Shown: positions 7,525 to 17,737, counted from the stretch's first letter. The stretch: 19,738 nucleotides of DNA from Candidatus Hodarchaeaceae archaeon (GCA_030018135.1 JASEGJ010000020.1:375-20112), one strand, 5' to 3'. The notes: generated from the sequence alone by a model not told the origin. Numbers and translations are program-made.

Positions 7525-8658
7525 TTATAAAATTTTGCCGTCCATGTAGATGGCCCTGATATTGTCCGCCCGGGCCCTGTTGACCAAGCCAGCATGCACG
7601 TCGGTCAAATTGGTGAGATTGTGCCGCCTCGAGAGAACCAAGAATGTCGCGCGCCCGCCCTCTTGGATCGGTCCCCACGGGAGGTCAAAGAGGGCAAGTG
7701 GCTCGATCGTCGCCGCGCGGAGGAGCCCGCGCGCTTCCTCGCTTCCCACTTCACTGCTATCGCGGCGAATGCAAGCCCAGGCGAAGGCGAGTTCGTCGAA
7801 CATGTTCGGTTGGCAGGCTGTGACATTATCGGTGCCCAAGCAAAACTTGGTGCCGGCGTCCAGCGCGAGGCGCAGGGGAGGGGTGCCGACGCTCAGCACG
7901 CTGTTCGCCCGAGGACAGAATACCACGGGCACGTCAGCTCTATGCAGTGCCATGAAATCGTCCTCCGTCGCCCACGTGGCGTGTACCACGAACGAGGGGC
8001 GTAGCTCCAGAGCGCGCTGAATTTCGCCCTTGCCCTTGTCCCGAATTGAAGCTCTCTGAGCCTCGGCCATCTCTGCGACGTGAACGGCGAGAATTTTGTT
8101 TGTGGCCAAAGTTCGATCGACGATATCTCTGAGCACGGTCGGCTCAAATGCATCTAGGGATGGCAACCCGACCCCATCCGAAACCCTCAAAAGGTCGCTC
8201 AATTCGGCGGGCACCGATGGACGCCCCAAGATAATTGATATAACGGGAGGGCTGGATGCCGCGCGCAATAGTTTCACCCCCGCGACTCCGCCCTCACGAA
8301 AATCGCAATGCGCGAGCGTGCCCGTGCGCAGCATGTCCCGAAGCGTCGAGCGTATCGCGGCAATTATCTCCTTCTCGGTCCGAGAACCCAACTCGCGAAA
8401 CTTCAAGCCTCCCGGCCCGACCACCTCGGGCTGCGTTTTGCCGAGGTACATCTCCTTGGCGACGGAATCAGCGAGATGCGTGTGTGCGTTGACGAAGGGC
8501 GGCAGAACATACCCATGTTTTAAGTCGACCGCATGCGTCGAAGGCATCCCCTCCCCTATCTCCTCGATGATGCCGTCGCGGACCGTCAGGTAACCATGCA
8601 CTGTCTCTAGATCCTCTCCCTCGAGCACGACCGCGTTGTAAAATGTTTGCTTTGCCAT
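7525..8658 (-). CDS. Metal-dependent amidohydrolase (cytosine/adenosine deaminase-related)
   Basis: PPFVNAHTHLADS (HxH), HVAE, VVHAT, CPRAN, LGTDN. ATG 8658 (MAKQTF) avoids overlap with the divergent tsr3. Confidence 0.88.
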   Translation of the reverse strand: MAKQTFYNAVVLEGEDLETVHGYLTVRDGIIEEIGEGMPSTHAVDLKHGYVLPPFVNAHTHLADSVAKEMYLGKTQPEVVGPGGLKFRELGSRTEKEIIAAIRSTLRDMLRTGTLAHCDFREGGVAGVKLLRAASSPPVISIILGRPSVPAELSDLLRVSDGVGLPSLDAFEPTVLRDIVDRTLATNKILAVHVAEMAEAQRASIRDKGKGEIQRALELRPSFVVHATWATEDDFMALHRADVPVVFCPRANSVLSVGTPPLRLALDAGTKFCLGTDNVTACQPNMFDELAFAWACIRRDSSEVGSEEARGLLRAATIEPLALFDLPWGPIQEGGRATFLVLSRRHNLTNLTDVHAGLVNRARADNIRAIYMDGKIL

Positions 8659-8716
8659 CGAATCCCCTATTCCTACTATTGACTTAAATTCTATCGGACA
8701 AATTAGGTTTGAAAAC

Positions 8717-9265
8717 ATGCGCCTCGTCGTATACAATGCGAGGGAGTGCGATCCGAAGAGGTGTACCGCGATACGCCTGTATCGGGCTGGCAAAATTCAA
8801 ATGGTTTATCATCCACGAGACTTGCCGTTCGGCGCGATATTGCTCGACCCATTCGCACAAAAGGCACTTTCCAGGGAAGATGCCGATCAAGCGGAAGCGC
8901 GGGGGCTGGCGGCGCTGGACTGCTCGTGGAAAAAAATCGAGCAAATCTCCCGGCTCCAAAGGGGGATGGTGTCGAGGAGCCTGCCGTACTTGGTCGCGGC
9001 AAATCCAACGTACTACGGGCGACCGACCACGTTGAGCACCGCCGAAGCGTTCGCGGCCGCGTTGTTCATTTTGGGCGATCAAACTCGGGCGAGGGAGATT
9101 TTGCACATGTTTAAATGGGGGCACACCTTCCTTGAGCTAAATCATGAGTTGCTCGAGGCGTATGCGAGCGCCAAGGACAGTGCAGAGGTTATTGCCAATC
9201 AGCAAAAATTCATGCCGGATCACACGTGCGAGCAGCGGCAAAGCCGAAAAAAAAGAAAAACTTAA
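8717..9265 (+). CDS. tsr3: SSU rRNA aminocarboxypropyltransferase Tsr3 (DUF367)
   Basis: ECDPKRCTA, LDCSW, RSLPYLVAANPTYYG, LSTAEA, FKWGHTFLELN. Confidence 0.95.
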   Translation: MRLVVYNARECDPKRCTAIRLYRAGKIQMVYHPRDLPFGAILLDPFAQKALSREDADQAEARGLAALDCSWKKIEQISRLQRGMVSRSLPYLVAANPTYYGRPTTLSTAEAFAAALFILGDQTRAREILHMFKWGHTFLELNHELLEAYASAKDSAEVIANQQKFMPDHTCEQRQSRKKRKT

Positions 9266-9299
9266 ACCATCTCCAATGCAATAAAATTTAGGTACTTTG

Positions 9300-9473
9300 A
9301 TGCGCAGGCGGGACGAGGCGATGCCCCCCACTGGGGCTGGCTTGATGCGCTATTTCAAGGAGGAAACTCGCGGCCCCAAGATATCCCCCAAAATCGTGAT
9401 ATACTTCACAATCGCCGTCATCATCTTCGAAATCCTCATGCGCCCCTACGGCATGGCGCTGTTGGGTTTTTGA
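9300..9473 (+). CDS. secG: Preprotein translocase subunit Sec61beta (57 aa; absent from the ORF track)
   Basis: Manual translation: MRRRDEAMPPTGAGLMRYFKEETRGPKISPKIVIYFTIAVIIFEILMRPYGMALLGF. It has the AGLxRYF motif, KISP and one C-terminal TM helix. Confidence 0.92.
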   Translation: MRRRDEAMPPTGAGLMRYFKEETRGPKISPKIVIYFTIAVIIFEILMRPYGMALLGF

Positions 9474-9482
9474 ACCATATAT

Positions 9483-10361
9483 CTAAAAACGTCCCGTCGC
9501 CGCCATTTCCTCTAGCCGCTGAATTCTTTTTTCGGTCAGCGGGTGAGTCGAAAATATTTCCACAATGCTGGCACCGCGGAACGGGTTCACGATGAACATG
9601 TGGGACGTCGCGGGGTTGCCTCCCTGCATCGGTTTGCTCCTCGCCGCCGACTCCAATGCCCTGAGCGCGCCGGCCAAGGCAAGAGGCTTTCTGGAGATGC
9701 TGGCCCCCTCCGCATCAGCCCCGTACTCGCGCGTCCTCGAGACCGAGAGCCTTATCAGGGTCGCGGCAATCGGCACCAAAATTAACGCGAGCAACGCCAA
9801 AATCGCGGTCCCAGCGCCGCCCCTATCCCTCCTGCCGCCGCCCATGAAAATTCCAAGCCGCCCGATCAAAGCCAGCCAAGCGATTGCCCCAGCTATCATC
9901 GCGGCCATGGTGCTTATCAGCATGTCGCGATTCTTTATGTGAGCCATCTCGTGCCCCAGCACGCCCTCAAGCTGTTCCTTGTCGAGAAGCTTCATCGCGC
10001 CGTTCGTCACCGCGACGACAGCGTTGGACGGATTCCTGCCGGTCGCGAACGCGTTCGGGACATCCGTCGGTATCACCGCAACCTTCGGCTTCGGCAGCCT
10101 AGCGTTTGCCGCCAGTCGCCCGACCATCTCGTGCAGCTCCGGCTCCTCCGCCTCGCTCACCACCTTGGCCTTGTAGAGCCTTAGAACCCACTTATCGGCG
10201 TACCAGTAGACGGTGATGTTCATCACCATGGCGATGATGAAAGCAAAGGTTATGGCGTAGGTCCATGGAATGCCGGTGAAAAAGCTGACGATTGCGCCTA
10301 TCGCCAGCAGAAGGCCCGTTAGCGCACTTATCAGCACCAATGTTCTCGCGCCACCTGCCAC
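9483..10361 (-). CDS. htpX: Zinc metalloprotease HtpX (M48)
   Basis: PNAFATGRNP, GVLGHEMAHIKNRD (HExxH), SRTREYGAD, FSTHP. Confidence 0.96.
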   Translation of the reverse strand: MAGGARTLVLISALTGLLLAIGAIVSFFTGIPWTYAITFAFIIAMVMNITVYWYADKWVLRLYKAKVVSEAEEPELHEMVGRLAANARLPKPKVAVIPTDVPNAFATGRNPSNAVVAVTNGAMKLLDKEQLEGVLGHEMAHIKNRDMLISTMAAMIAGAIAWLALIGRLGIFMGGGRRDRGGAGTAILALLALILVPIAATLIRLSVSRTREYGADAEGASISRKPLALAGALRALESAARSKPMQGGNPATSHMFIVNPFRGASIVEIFSTHPLTEKRIQRLEEMAATGRF

Positions 10362-10393
10362 ACGATCACTCGATTGAAATTATGCACCAAACC

Positions 10394-10978
10394 TTAAAAG
10401 ACTTCCCCAGGATTCAAAGTGGGCACATGCTTTCCGTAGAATTCCTCGAGCCAATCGACCTTCCCGGGCCGAAGCGAAACTTTGCCCGCCAGTGCGTCCA
10501 GAAAAAGTTTTACCGACGACGAGGTCCTCATCTTGGTCGCGTCGATCTCATAAACCTTATCCATGCCGTGCGCTTGGACCGCCTCCCAGAGGATTATGCT
10601 CAGTGCCTCTGCCTCGACGTTGTCGCGCAACTTAGCCGCCGAGTATTTGCGCGCCCGGAGCCTGCGCTTGAGAACCTTGGGTCTAGTCCTGAGGACGACC
10701 ACGTGGGTGAGGCGCCTCGAGGGCATCAGGTGCGCCAATAACCCCTCAACCACGATTGGATCTCTCGAGCCCTCGACGATGCGCGCAAACTCCTTTCGCA
10801 CCTTGGGCAGGTCGGCTATCAACGTGCCGTCGACATCGTGCTCGTAAAATTTTTTTCTGCGGATCAGTGCATTCAGGTCGACCACCCTCGCGCCGAGCTT
10901 TTTGGCGAGCGCGCGGGCGAATGTGGATTTTCCGGTACCAGGGGTGCCGCTGACCGCGATTACGGTCCGTGTAGTCAT
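10394..10978 (-). CDS. Adenylate kinase family protein (AK6/Fap7-like NMP kinase)
   Basis: SGTPGTGKST Walker A, VVEGLLAH, VVVLRT, LRARKYSAAKLRDNVEAE. Confidence 0.9.
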   Translation of the reverse strand: MTTRTVIAVSGTPGTGKSTFARALAKKLGARVVDLNALIRRKKFYEHDVDGTLIADLPKVRKEFARIVEGSRDPIVVEGLLAHLMPSRRLTHVVVLRTRPKVLKRRLRARKYSAAKLRDNVEAEALSIILWEAVQAHGMDKVYEIDATKMRTSSSVKLFLDALAGKVSLRPGKVDWLEEFYGKHVPTLNPGEVF

Positions 10979-10987
10979 ATCACGGCC

Positions 10988-12001
10988 TCAGAGTTTCTCG
11001 GTGCGCAGGTCTATTGCATCTTCTATGTTTTCGCCGGTCGAGATCAACGTGACCGGCACGCCGAGTTCTTCTTCTATGCGCTCGACGAAGGCCCGCGCGT
11101 CCGGTGGGAGTTGTGAAAAACTGCGCATGCCCGAGCAACCCTTGAAAAGCCGGTCCAAACACGTTATCACGATCTGGGTAGCTCCGTTTATCATCGCGGC
11201 GCGCTTCGCCAGTTCGAAATCGAACGTGCCTATCCGCCGCCTCCGTCCGGTGACTGTCCCGTACTCGACGATGCCAAGCTCCTCGGCTTCCTCGGGGGGC
11301 ATCTCGGTCGCAAACGGCCCGGCGCCAACTCTACTGACGTATGCCTTGAAGACGAGCATGACCTCTTCGATCCTCGTGGGACCAACGCCGACATCCGCCG
11401 CTAGGGTGCTCGCCGAGGTATCCTTGCTCGTCACGTATGGATAAGTGCCGTGGACCAAAGAGAGGCCGAAGCCCTGCGAGCCCTCGATCAGCACGAGTTC
11501 GTCTCGATGCAGGGCGTCGTCCACCTCCCGTGGCACGTCCGCTAGGAAGCGCCGCAACGTTGGGATATCATCAGCTAACTTTGCGACGCGACTCACCCGC
11601 GCAACGTTGGCTGGCCCGCAACCGGTGCCGGTCGAGCCTATCTTCCCCTTGAGGTGCTCGGATGTGCGATCCTGCTCGATGTGCTGCGCCTCGATCACCG
11701 CACACCTGCGGTCGATGCCCAGCCGATCGCCGACGCCTGTTTCCTCGATTTCCTCCAGGACGACCTCGGGGTTGACGAGCACCCCCGGCCCTATCAGCAT
11801 TCGCGCGCCCTCGTGGACAAATCCGGACGGCACTTGGCGCAGGCCGAATTTTTTGCCGCGGAAGATCACCGTGTGGCCCGCATTCGGCCCGACGCCCGCT
11901 CGCGCCACTATCTTCGGCCTATCGTGCAGCGCCAGATATGCAACTATCTTGCCCTTGCCCTCATCACCGAACTGTCCGCCAGCAACGATCACCGCCGGCA
12001 C
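10988..12001 (-). CDS. purA: Adenylosuccinate synthetase (short archaeal type)
   Basis: [50 protein letters not shown] 12001 is preferred because GTG 12010 lies inside the SD. Confidence 0.97.
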   Translation of the reverse strand: MPAVIVAGGQFGDEGKGKIVAYLALHDRPKIVARAGVGPNAGHTVIFRGKKFGLRQVPSGFVHEGARMLIGPGVLVNPEVVLEEIEETGVGDRLGIDRRCAVIEAQHIEQDRTSEHLKGKIGSTGTGCGPANVARVSRVAKLADDIPTLRRFLADVPREVDDALHRDELVLIEGSQGFGLSLVHGTYPYVTSKDTSASTLAADVGVGPTRIEEVMLVFKAYVSRVGAGPFATEMPPEEAEELGIVEYGTVTGRRRRIGTFDFELAKRAAMINGATQIVITCLDRLFKGCSGMRSFSQLPPDARAFVERIEEELGVPVTLISTGENIEDAIDLRTEKL

Positions 12002-12146
12002 ATTTACCACCCCTGCGAGTTATCCCGCATCTGACGACCATTAAATGAAGACGAATGGAATTAATAAGCGCTTTCCCAACCACATCGAAACAAAACAAAA
12101 AGCAGGTAATTTTGGATTAAATTTGGATTTAGAGGTCATTTTTTTG

Positions 12147-12162
12147 CAGAAAGGTTTAAATA
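12147..12162 (+). promoter_or_regulatory. BRE + TATA box of the histone gene
   Basis: CAGAAAGG followed by TTTAAATA (12155-12162), ~60 nt upstream of ATG. SD GGAGGCG 5 nt before the start. Confidence 0.7.
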
Positions 12163-12223
12163 TAACACCTTAAAAGGTAAATTTGCCCTTGAGGAGGTCT
12201 GGGCTGTCTTGGGAGGCGAATAA

Positions 12224-12430
12224 ATGGTAGAATTACCTGTAGCTGCTGTAGATCGTATCATCCGAAAGTCTGGAGCTAAGCGCGTTAGCGAAGGCGCAGC
12301 CGCCGCTCTGGCAGATGTGCTGGAGGAGCGCGCCATTGCGATAGCCAGCGAGGCGGCGAAGCTGGCGGAGCACGCGGGACGAAGGACCGTTCGAGATGTT
12401 GACATCCGGCTAGCAGCAAAGCGGATTTAA
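12224..12430 (+). CDS. Archaeal histone (HMf family)
   Basis: ELPVAAVDRIIRKSGAKRVS...HAGRRTVRDVDIRLA, 68 aa. Confidence 0.97.
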   Translation: MVELPVAAVDRIIRKSGAKRVSEGAAAALADVLEERAIAIASEAAKLAEHAGRRTVRDVDIRLAAKRI

Positions 12431-12459
12431 AATCGCTGACAAATTAAATTGGGATCTAC

Positions 12460-12777
12460 GTGAGCGAGGAAAAGGCGCGCGTCATCCACATGCCGCGCCT
12501 CTACAACGTTTTCGACATGCCGAAGATCAAGGCGATTCGCGCCACGACCATGCTGCGCTCGAAGGTGAGCCTCGCGGAGGTTCTAAAGCTCGTCCCGAAT
12601 GCGCGGGAGATAAAGACCGCTGACAAGGATATAGTAAAATTTGAACTGCGGCGCAGTGTATACCTCTTGCTTTTCCCATCCGGCTACATCGAGGTGCATG
12701 CGCCTAGCGAGGACGAAATGCGCGAGGTGCTGCTTGCTTTCAGGGATAAATTGTTTGAACACGGGCTGATCAAGTAA
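12460..12777 (+). CDS. Single-repeat TATA-binding-protein-like (TBP-fold) protein
   Basis: IKAIRATTMLRSKVSLAEVLKLVPNA...VYLLLFPSGYIEVHAPSEDEMREVLLAFRDKLFEHGLI aligns by eye with one archaeal TBP repeat. Confidence 0.65.
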   Translation: MSEEKARVIHMPRLYNVFDMPKIKAIRATTMLRSKVSLAEVLKLVPNAREIKTADKDIVKFELRRSVYLLLFPSGYIEVHAPSEDEMREVLLAFRDKLFEHGLIK

Positions 12778-12789
12778 TTGGGTAGAATC

Positions 12790-13737
12790 ATGCAAAAGTT
12801 GTCCAATGGCGCGAAGATAGCTGTTAAAATATGCATGGGCGTCAAGCCGCGCGAGAGAGTGCTCGTCGTCACAGACCCCGCCAGGCTCCGGGTAGCCGAA
12901 GCTTTAGTTAAGGCCGCCCAAGATGCCGAGGCGGAGGCCGTGCTGATGTGCATGCGGGCCCGCACCAGGCACGGCGAGGAGCCACCAAAACCCGTTGAAA
13001 GGGCGATGGTCGCGAGCGACGTGGTCCTGGCGCCGACCACGTATTCGCTCACCCACACGCAGGCGCGCCTTCGAGCCTGCAGGGCCGGTACAAGGGTTGC
13101 TACGATGCCAATGATTACGGAGCGGATGATGTGCCGGGGGGCCATGCTGGCCGATTACGATGAGGTCAGCAGATTGACGCGCAAGGTTGCGGCCCTCCTG
13201 ACCAAGTCGTCTGAGGTAGAGGTCAACACACCAGCCGGGACGGACTTGTACTTGGATATCACCGGGAGGAAGGCGCATGCCGACACCGGCATCTTCCACA
13301 GGCCGGGCGACTTCGGCAACCTACCGGCCGGCGAGGCGTTCATAGCGCCCCTCGAAGGCAAGGGCGAGGGCAGGATCGTCGTCGATGGTTCAATGGTCGA
13401 CACCCTGTGGGCAAGGACCGAGATAGCGGTGAAGAAGGGGCGCGCGACCGAGATATCCGGTGAGCCCGCTAGAAGGCTGAAGAAAATGCTTGAGAAAGTC
13501 GGGCCGAGGGCCTACAACTTGGCGGAGTTTGGCATCGGCACGAATCCCACAGCTCGGCTCATCGGCAACGTGCTCGAGGACGAGAAGGTGCTCGGCACTT
13601 GCCACATAGCCTTCGGCGATAACTCGACCTTTGGTGGCAGGATTCGGGCGGGAATTCATGTTGACGGCATTCTGATGAAACCGACGATCAAGTTTGACGG
13701 AAATACGGTGGTGAAAGAGGGGCGACTCAAAGTCTAG
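12790..13737 (+). CDS. Aminopeptidase, thermophilic metalloprotease M29-like (aminopeptidase T)
   Basis: HGEEPP, SLTHT, GNLPAGEAFIAP, AEFGIGTNP, LEDEKVLGTCHIAFGDN, IHVDG. ATG 12790 or TTG 12778. Confidence 0.9.
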   Translation: MQKLSNGAKIAVKICMGVKPRERVLVVTDPARLRVAEALVKAAQDAEAEAVLMCMRARTRHGEEPPKPVERAMVASDVVLAPTTYSLTHTQARLRACRAGTRVATMPMITERMMCRGAMLADYDEVSRLTRKVAALLTKSSEVEVNTPAGTDLYLDITGRKAHADTGIFHRPGDFGNLPAGEAFIAPLEGKGEGRIVVDGSMVDTLWARTEIAVKKGRATEISGEPARRLKKMLEKVGPRAYNLAEFGIGTNPTARLIGNVLEDEKVLGTCHIAFGDNSTFGGRIRAGIHVDGILMKPTIKFDGNTVVKEGRLKV

Positions 13738-13771
13738 CTTTTTCGCCGTTCCTGCCGTAAATGACAGAGCC

Positions 13772-15583
13772 CTACTCTACCGTTACGCTTTTCGCGAGAT
13801 GTCTCGGCTTATCCGGGTCGAAGCCGCGCTCGACACCGATGTAGTAGGCCAGCAACTGCAGCGGCGAGATATACGTGAGCGGTGTCAAAAGTTCATGAGT
13901 TACAGGTATGGAAATGAGCTCGTTCACGTGCCTTTTTATCTCTTCGTCATTGTCTGCCGCGATGGCTATCACCGTCGCCCCCCGTGCCTTGACTTCCTCG
14001 ACGTTGCCGAGCATGCGACCGCGGGCGGAGCCTGGCACCACTGCGGCGATCACAGGTATGCCGTGTTCGATGAGCGCGAGCGGCCCGTGCTTGAGCTCAC
14101 CGGCTGGGCAAGCCTCCGAGTGGATATACGCAATTTCCTTCAGCTTCAGCGCCCCCTCCATCACAATTGGATAACCTATGCCCCGGCCGATGAAATAGAT
14201 ATTTTTTGCATCCTTGTAGCGCTTTGCGAGTTCCTCGATTTGTTTTTCGGTCCTCTCAAATACGGCATCTATTGTATTCGGGGTTTCCTGAAGCTGAGCG
14301 ACCAATTCATCAAACTTGACCTTGGAGATGCACTTCCTCATTTTCGCCAAGTTAAACGCGAGCAGCAGCAGGTACGCCACTTGGGCGGCGAATGTCTTGG
14401 TCGCGGCCACGCCGATTTCCGGCCCCGCATAAGTATGGCAGACGAGTTCGCTTTCCCGGGTAACCGAGCTTCCCACGACGTTTGTCAAACACGCTACCCT
14501 CGCGCCCCCCGCCTTCGCCACCCTGACCGCCTTTAAGGTGTCAGCGGTTTCGCCCGACTGCGTGATCGCGAGGACGACCGTTCCGCCGTCGACCATGCAG
14601 CTCTCCTGAAATTCCGACGATATCACGACTTCCGCAGATACGTCCGCCAGCTTAGCGAGTGCATACTTTCCGACGAGCGCGGCGTGGTGGGAGGTGCCGC
14701 ATGCCACGATGTAGATGCGTTTCGCATCCAGCAACATCTTGCATAGTTGAGCGAGCTCATCGGCGGAGACGCGTAAGGTCTCCCTTATCGCCTCGGGTTG
14801 CTCGTGTATCTCCTTGAGCATGAAGTGCGGGTAGCCGTGCTTCTCCGCCATCTCGGCGGTCCAAGCGACCCTCAACGGCTTCTTTTCAATAGCTTTGCCA
14901 GAATCAGTGTATTTCACGAGCGCTCGTATCGGGGTAATCACCGCCATCTCGCCGTCCTCTAAGATTATAACGCGTTTGGTATACGGAAGCACCGCAGGTA
15001 TGTCTGAGGCTATAAACATCTCGCCGCTCCCCAAACCCAAGATCAGGGGGCTCTCCTTTCTGACCGCGATGAGCTTGTCGGGCTCGCTGACGCTGACGAT
15101 GCCCAACGCGTAGCTACCCTTGAGGCGACCGACCGCCTTCCTCACCGCCCCCTCAAAGCCGTTGCCCTGCTTCATGAAATAACTGACCAAATTTGGCACG
15201 ACTTCGGTATCCGTATCCGAGGAAAAGCTATAGCCATTATCCCGCAGGAATTGGCGGAGCTCTTCATAGTTCTCAATTATGCCGTTGTGCACGACCGCTA
15301 CCTTACCTGAGTTGTCGACATGCGGGTGTGCATTCCTTTTGGACGGCTCGCCGTGGGTGGCCCAGCGCGAATGCCCCACCCCCACATTGCCCGGAAGGCT
15401 GTCGAGCTTTAATTCGCGATGAACATCCTCAATTTTTCCACGACCTTTCTTTACGTATAATTTGCCCTTGTGGATAGTTGCCTCGCCGACCGAGTCGTAC
15501 CCACGGTATTCGAGGCGCCTAAGCGCGTCAAGTAGGAGCGGCGCCGCATCACGTTTGCCGATGTAGCCAACGATTCCGCACAA
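13772..15583 (-). CDS. glmS: Glutamine--fructose-6-phosphate transaminase (isomerizing)
   Basis: TTG 15583 gives M-CGIVG, and the Ntn catalytic Cys must be N-terminal. LEYRGYDS, GHSRWATHG, SQ-like TQSGETADT, KPRHLAKSVTVE. Confidence 0.97.
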   Translation of the reverse strand: MCGIVGYIGKRDAAPLLLDALRRLEYRGYDSVGEATIHKGKLYVKKGRGKIEDVHRELKLDSLPGNVGVGHSRWATHGEPSKRNAHPHVDNSGKVAVVHNGIIENYEELRQFLRDNGYSFSSDTDTEVVPNLVSYFMKQGNGFEGAVRKAVGRLKGSYALGIVSVSEPDKLIAVRKESPLILGLGSGEMFIASDIPAVLPYTKRVIILEDGEMAVITPIRALVKYTDSGKAIEKKPLRVAWTAEMAEKHGYPHFMLKEIHEQPEAIRETLRVSADELAQLCKMLLDAKRIYIVACGTSHHAALVGKYALAKLADVSAEVVISSEFQESCMVDGGTVVLAITQSGETADTLKAVRVAKAGGARVACLTNVVGSSVTRESELVCHTYAGPEIGVAATKTFAAQVAYLLLLAFNLAKMRKCISKVKFDELVAQLQETPNTIDAVFERTEKQIEELAKRYKDAKNIYFIGRGIGYPIVMEGALKLKEIAYIHSEACPAGELKHGPLALIEHGIPVIAAVVPGSARGRMLGNVEEVKARGATVIAIAADNDEEIKRHVNELISIPVTHELLTPLTYISPLQLLAYYIGVERGFDPDKPRHLAKSVTVE

Positions 15584-15725
15584 TTCAAGTCCCCCATCTT
15601 CTGCTCTCATCTCTTCTGAAGCATTTAAGCAATTTTTGAGGGGAAACACCGAAAGCGATCTCCAAGCCGCCCAAAAATTGTCCGATCCCGTTGAGATTTG
15701 CCGGGATGCGTTGAGTTACATGCAA

Positions 15726-17621
15726 CTATCGTGCGCCCCCTAGCCTTTTCAGCTCCCGCTTCAGCAACTCGTGCACCAACTTACCGTCAGCCCTCCCCCG
15801 CGCCCTTGCCATGGCGATCCCCATCAGGGGTTTAAGCGCCTTCTCACCTCGCTCCTCGATGAGCTTTGGGTTTGACTTGACAACTCCGGAAACGAGCTTG
15901 AGCACCTCGGCCTTCGTCATCACCTCTAAACCCAACTCTTTGACCGCCACCCTAACGCTAGCCCCCTTCGCGACCTGCCTTAGGATTTCTGGAATCGCCT
16001 CTTTGGCGAGCTTGCCCTTTGAAATGAACTGGAAAATTTCGTCGAGTGCCGCCTCCTGAATCCTTTCTACAGCCAAGCCCTCTCGCCTCAAGCTAACCAA
16101 AGTTTCCTCGATGGTTGATGCGACCAAGGTCGGCTCCACCCTGTACTTTTTGACCAACCTCTCAAACAGCTCGACGTGCTCCGACAAGCTGATTCGGCGA
16201 GCAAGCTCCTCGCTCAGCCCATAATCGCGAACGAACCGGCTGCGCTTTTGCTCGGGCAGCTCGGGCAACCGCTCCTTCATCCTCCTCAACCTGTCCTCGG
16301 TGATGGGAATAGGTGGGATGTCCGTTTCGACGTACATGCGCGCAGCTCCGGGCAGCGGGCGCATGAACTCCGTGTTGCCATCCGGCAGGGCCCTTCGCGT
16401 CTCCTCCGGGACGCCGAGCAGGGCTTGATTGGCCCTATCCACCACCGCGCTCAACGCGGCCTCAGCCCTTTCCCCGATATCTGCGACGAAGACGACGGCA
16501 TCCTGCGGGGATGCCTTGATGGCGCTCCGCAGTTTGCTGACCTCTTCAGCCGATATGCCGTGGGCGGGCAACTCATCAGTATGAAATATCCCGCCGACCC
16601 CGCCGTATGCCCTCGCTTGATCCGCGAGTTCAGTCCCAAACCTTCGGCCGGGCTGCAACTCCTTGCCGACCAGGCCAACGAACTTCGGCAGCCTGACGGC
16701 GAGCACGATGCTGCCAGCTTTGATGGCATCGCGGATTACTCGGGAGTTTGTATTTGAAAAAATTTCTTTGACCTCGATGAACCCCTTCTCTACCTCCGCC
16801 GCCCCGCGCCTCTTGAGCTCATCGCGGATCTCCAAAAGCGCGATCTGCCGTCGAACCTCGCGCTCGATGACCGTCGATATCAAAGCCAGCTCCTGAACCC
16901 CCTTTATCTCCTGCCGCGCGCCGCCGGCTATGGAGATGTTTATATCCTGCCTGATCGTGCCTATACCCCGCCTAACCTTGCCCGTGGCGCGTAGGAGCTG
17001 CCCGATATGGAGGGCGACCTTGGCCGGTGTGTAGGGATCTGAAAAGTCAGGCCCGGTCGCGATCTCCACAAGCGGTATCCCCAACCTATCCAAACGGTAA
17101 TCGATGAACCCAGCATCCTCCCCCATCTTTCTGGCTGCATCCTCCTCTAGGCATATCGTCGGAATTCGTGCTCGCCCCTCCTCGGTCTCCACGTAGCCAT
17201 CCGTTGCTACGAGAATCGTCCGCTGGAAGCCGCATGTATTACTGCCGTCGATAACTGTCTTACGCATCACGTGTGCCTCATCGACCGGTTTAGCGTTTAG
17301 AAGCAAGGCGATTTCTAGAGCGATATCTAACGCTTCCTCGTTTACTAAGTGAGGGGGCTCCTCGTCCAGCTCAACCAAGCAGATGGTGTCCGGATAGACC
17401 TGATAGTTGAACCCCTTGCCCTTGATCGCCTCCGCCAAGGCGGCGCGGTCCATCTCGCCCAGCTCGCTCTGCGTCGGCCTCAGCCTCCGCTTCACCCCGA
17501 TGGGGGGCCCATCATCGCGCAGGATCGAAGGGCAATTACAAAACAGCTTATGGGTGTCCAGCTCTTGATGGATTTCAAGGCCCACCTTCAGTCCCAATTT
17601 TTTGTACATATCCTCTTTCAT
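15726..17621 (-). CDS. gatE: Glutamyl-tRNA(Gln) amidotransferase subunit E
   Basis: GLEIHQEL, KLFCNCP, DEEPPH, DGSNTCGFQRT, RGIGTIRQD, RPLPGAARMYVETD. Confidence 0.97.
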   Translation of the reverse strand: MKEDMYKKLGLKVGLEIHQELDTHKLFCNCPSILRDDGPPIGVKRRLRPTQSELGEMDRAALAEAIKGKGFNYQVYPDTICLVELDEEPPHLVNEEALDIALEIALLLNAKPVDEAHVMRKTVIDGSNTCGFQRTILVATDGYVETEEGRARIPTICLEEDAARKMGEDAGFIDYRLDRLGIPLVEIATGPDFSDPYTPAKVALHIGQLLRATGKVRRGIGTIRQDINISIAGGARQEIKGVQELALISTVIEREVRRQIALLEIRDELKRRGAAEVEKGFIEVKEIFSNTNSRVIRDAIKAGSIVLAVRLPKFVGLVGKELQPGRRFGTELADQARAYGGVGGIFHTDELPAHGISAEEVSKLRSAIKASPQDAVVFVADIGERAEAALSAVVDRANQALLGVPEETRRALPDGNTEFMRPLPGAARMYVETDIPPIPITEDRLRRMKERLPELPEQKRSRFVRDYGLSEELARRISLSEHVELFERLVKKYRVEPTLVASTIEETLVSLRREGLAVERIQEAALDEIFQFISKGKLAKEAIPEILRQVAKGASVRVAVKELGLEVMTKAEVLKLVSGVVKSNPKLIEERGEKALKPLMGIAMARARGRADGKLVHELLKRELKRLGGAR

Positions 17622-17737
17622 TTTCTCCCCCTACTTTAGAAGTGAACTCGTTCAAAACATCACTCGGAAGACATTCCGCCTAGTCTTTTCGGTAGTTTGG
17701 AACATCTAACTTCGGCAGGTCCCACGCAGAAACCTCC

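Noticed and set aside
8659-8793. N-terminal extension of the amidohydrolase in the ORF track
   Set aside because: It overlaps the divergent tsr3 and its promoter. ATG 8658 fits the family start.
15584-15725. glmS ribozyme, or N-terminal extension of GlmS to 15649
   Set aside because: No recognisable ribozyme core. GlmS needs an N-terminal Cys, so the start is TTG 15583.
17622-17737. 21-codon mini-ORF with GGAGGT SD between gatD and gatE
   Set aside because: Too short, with no motif or other support.
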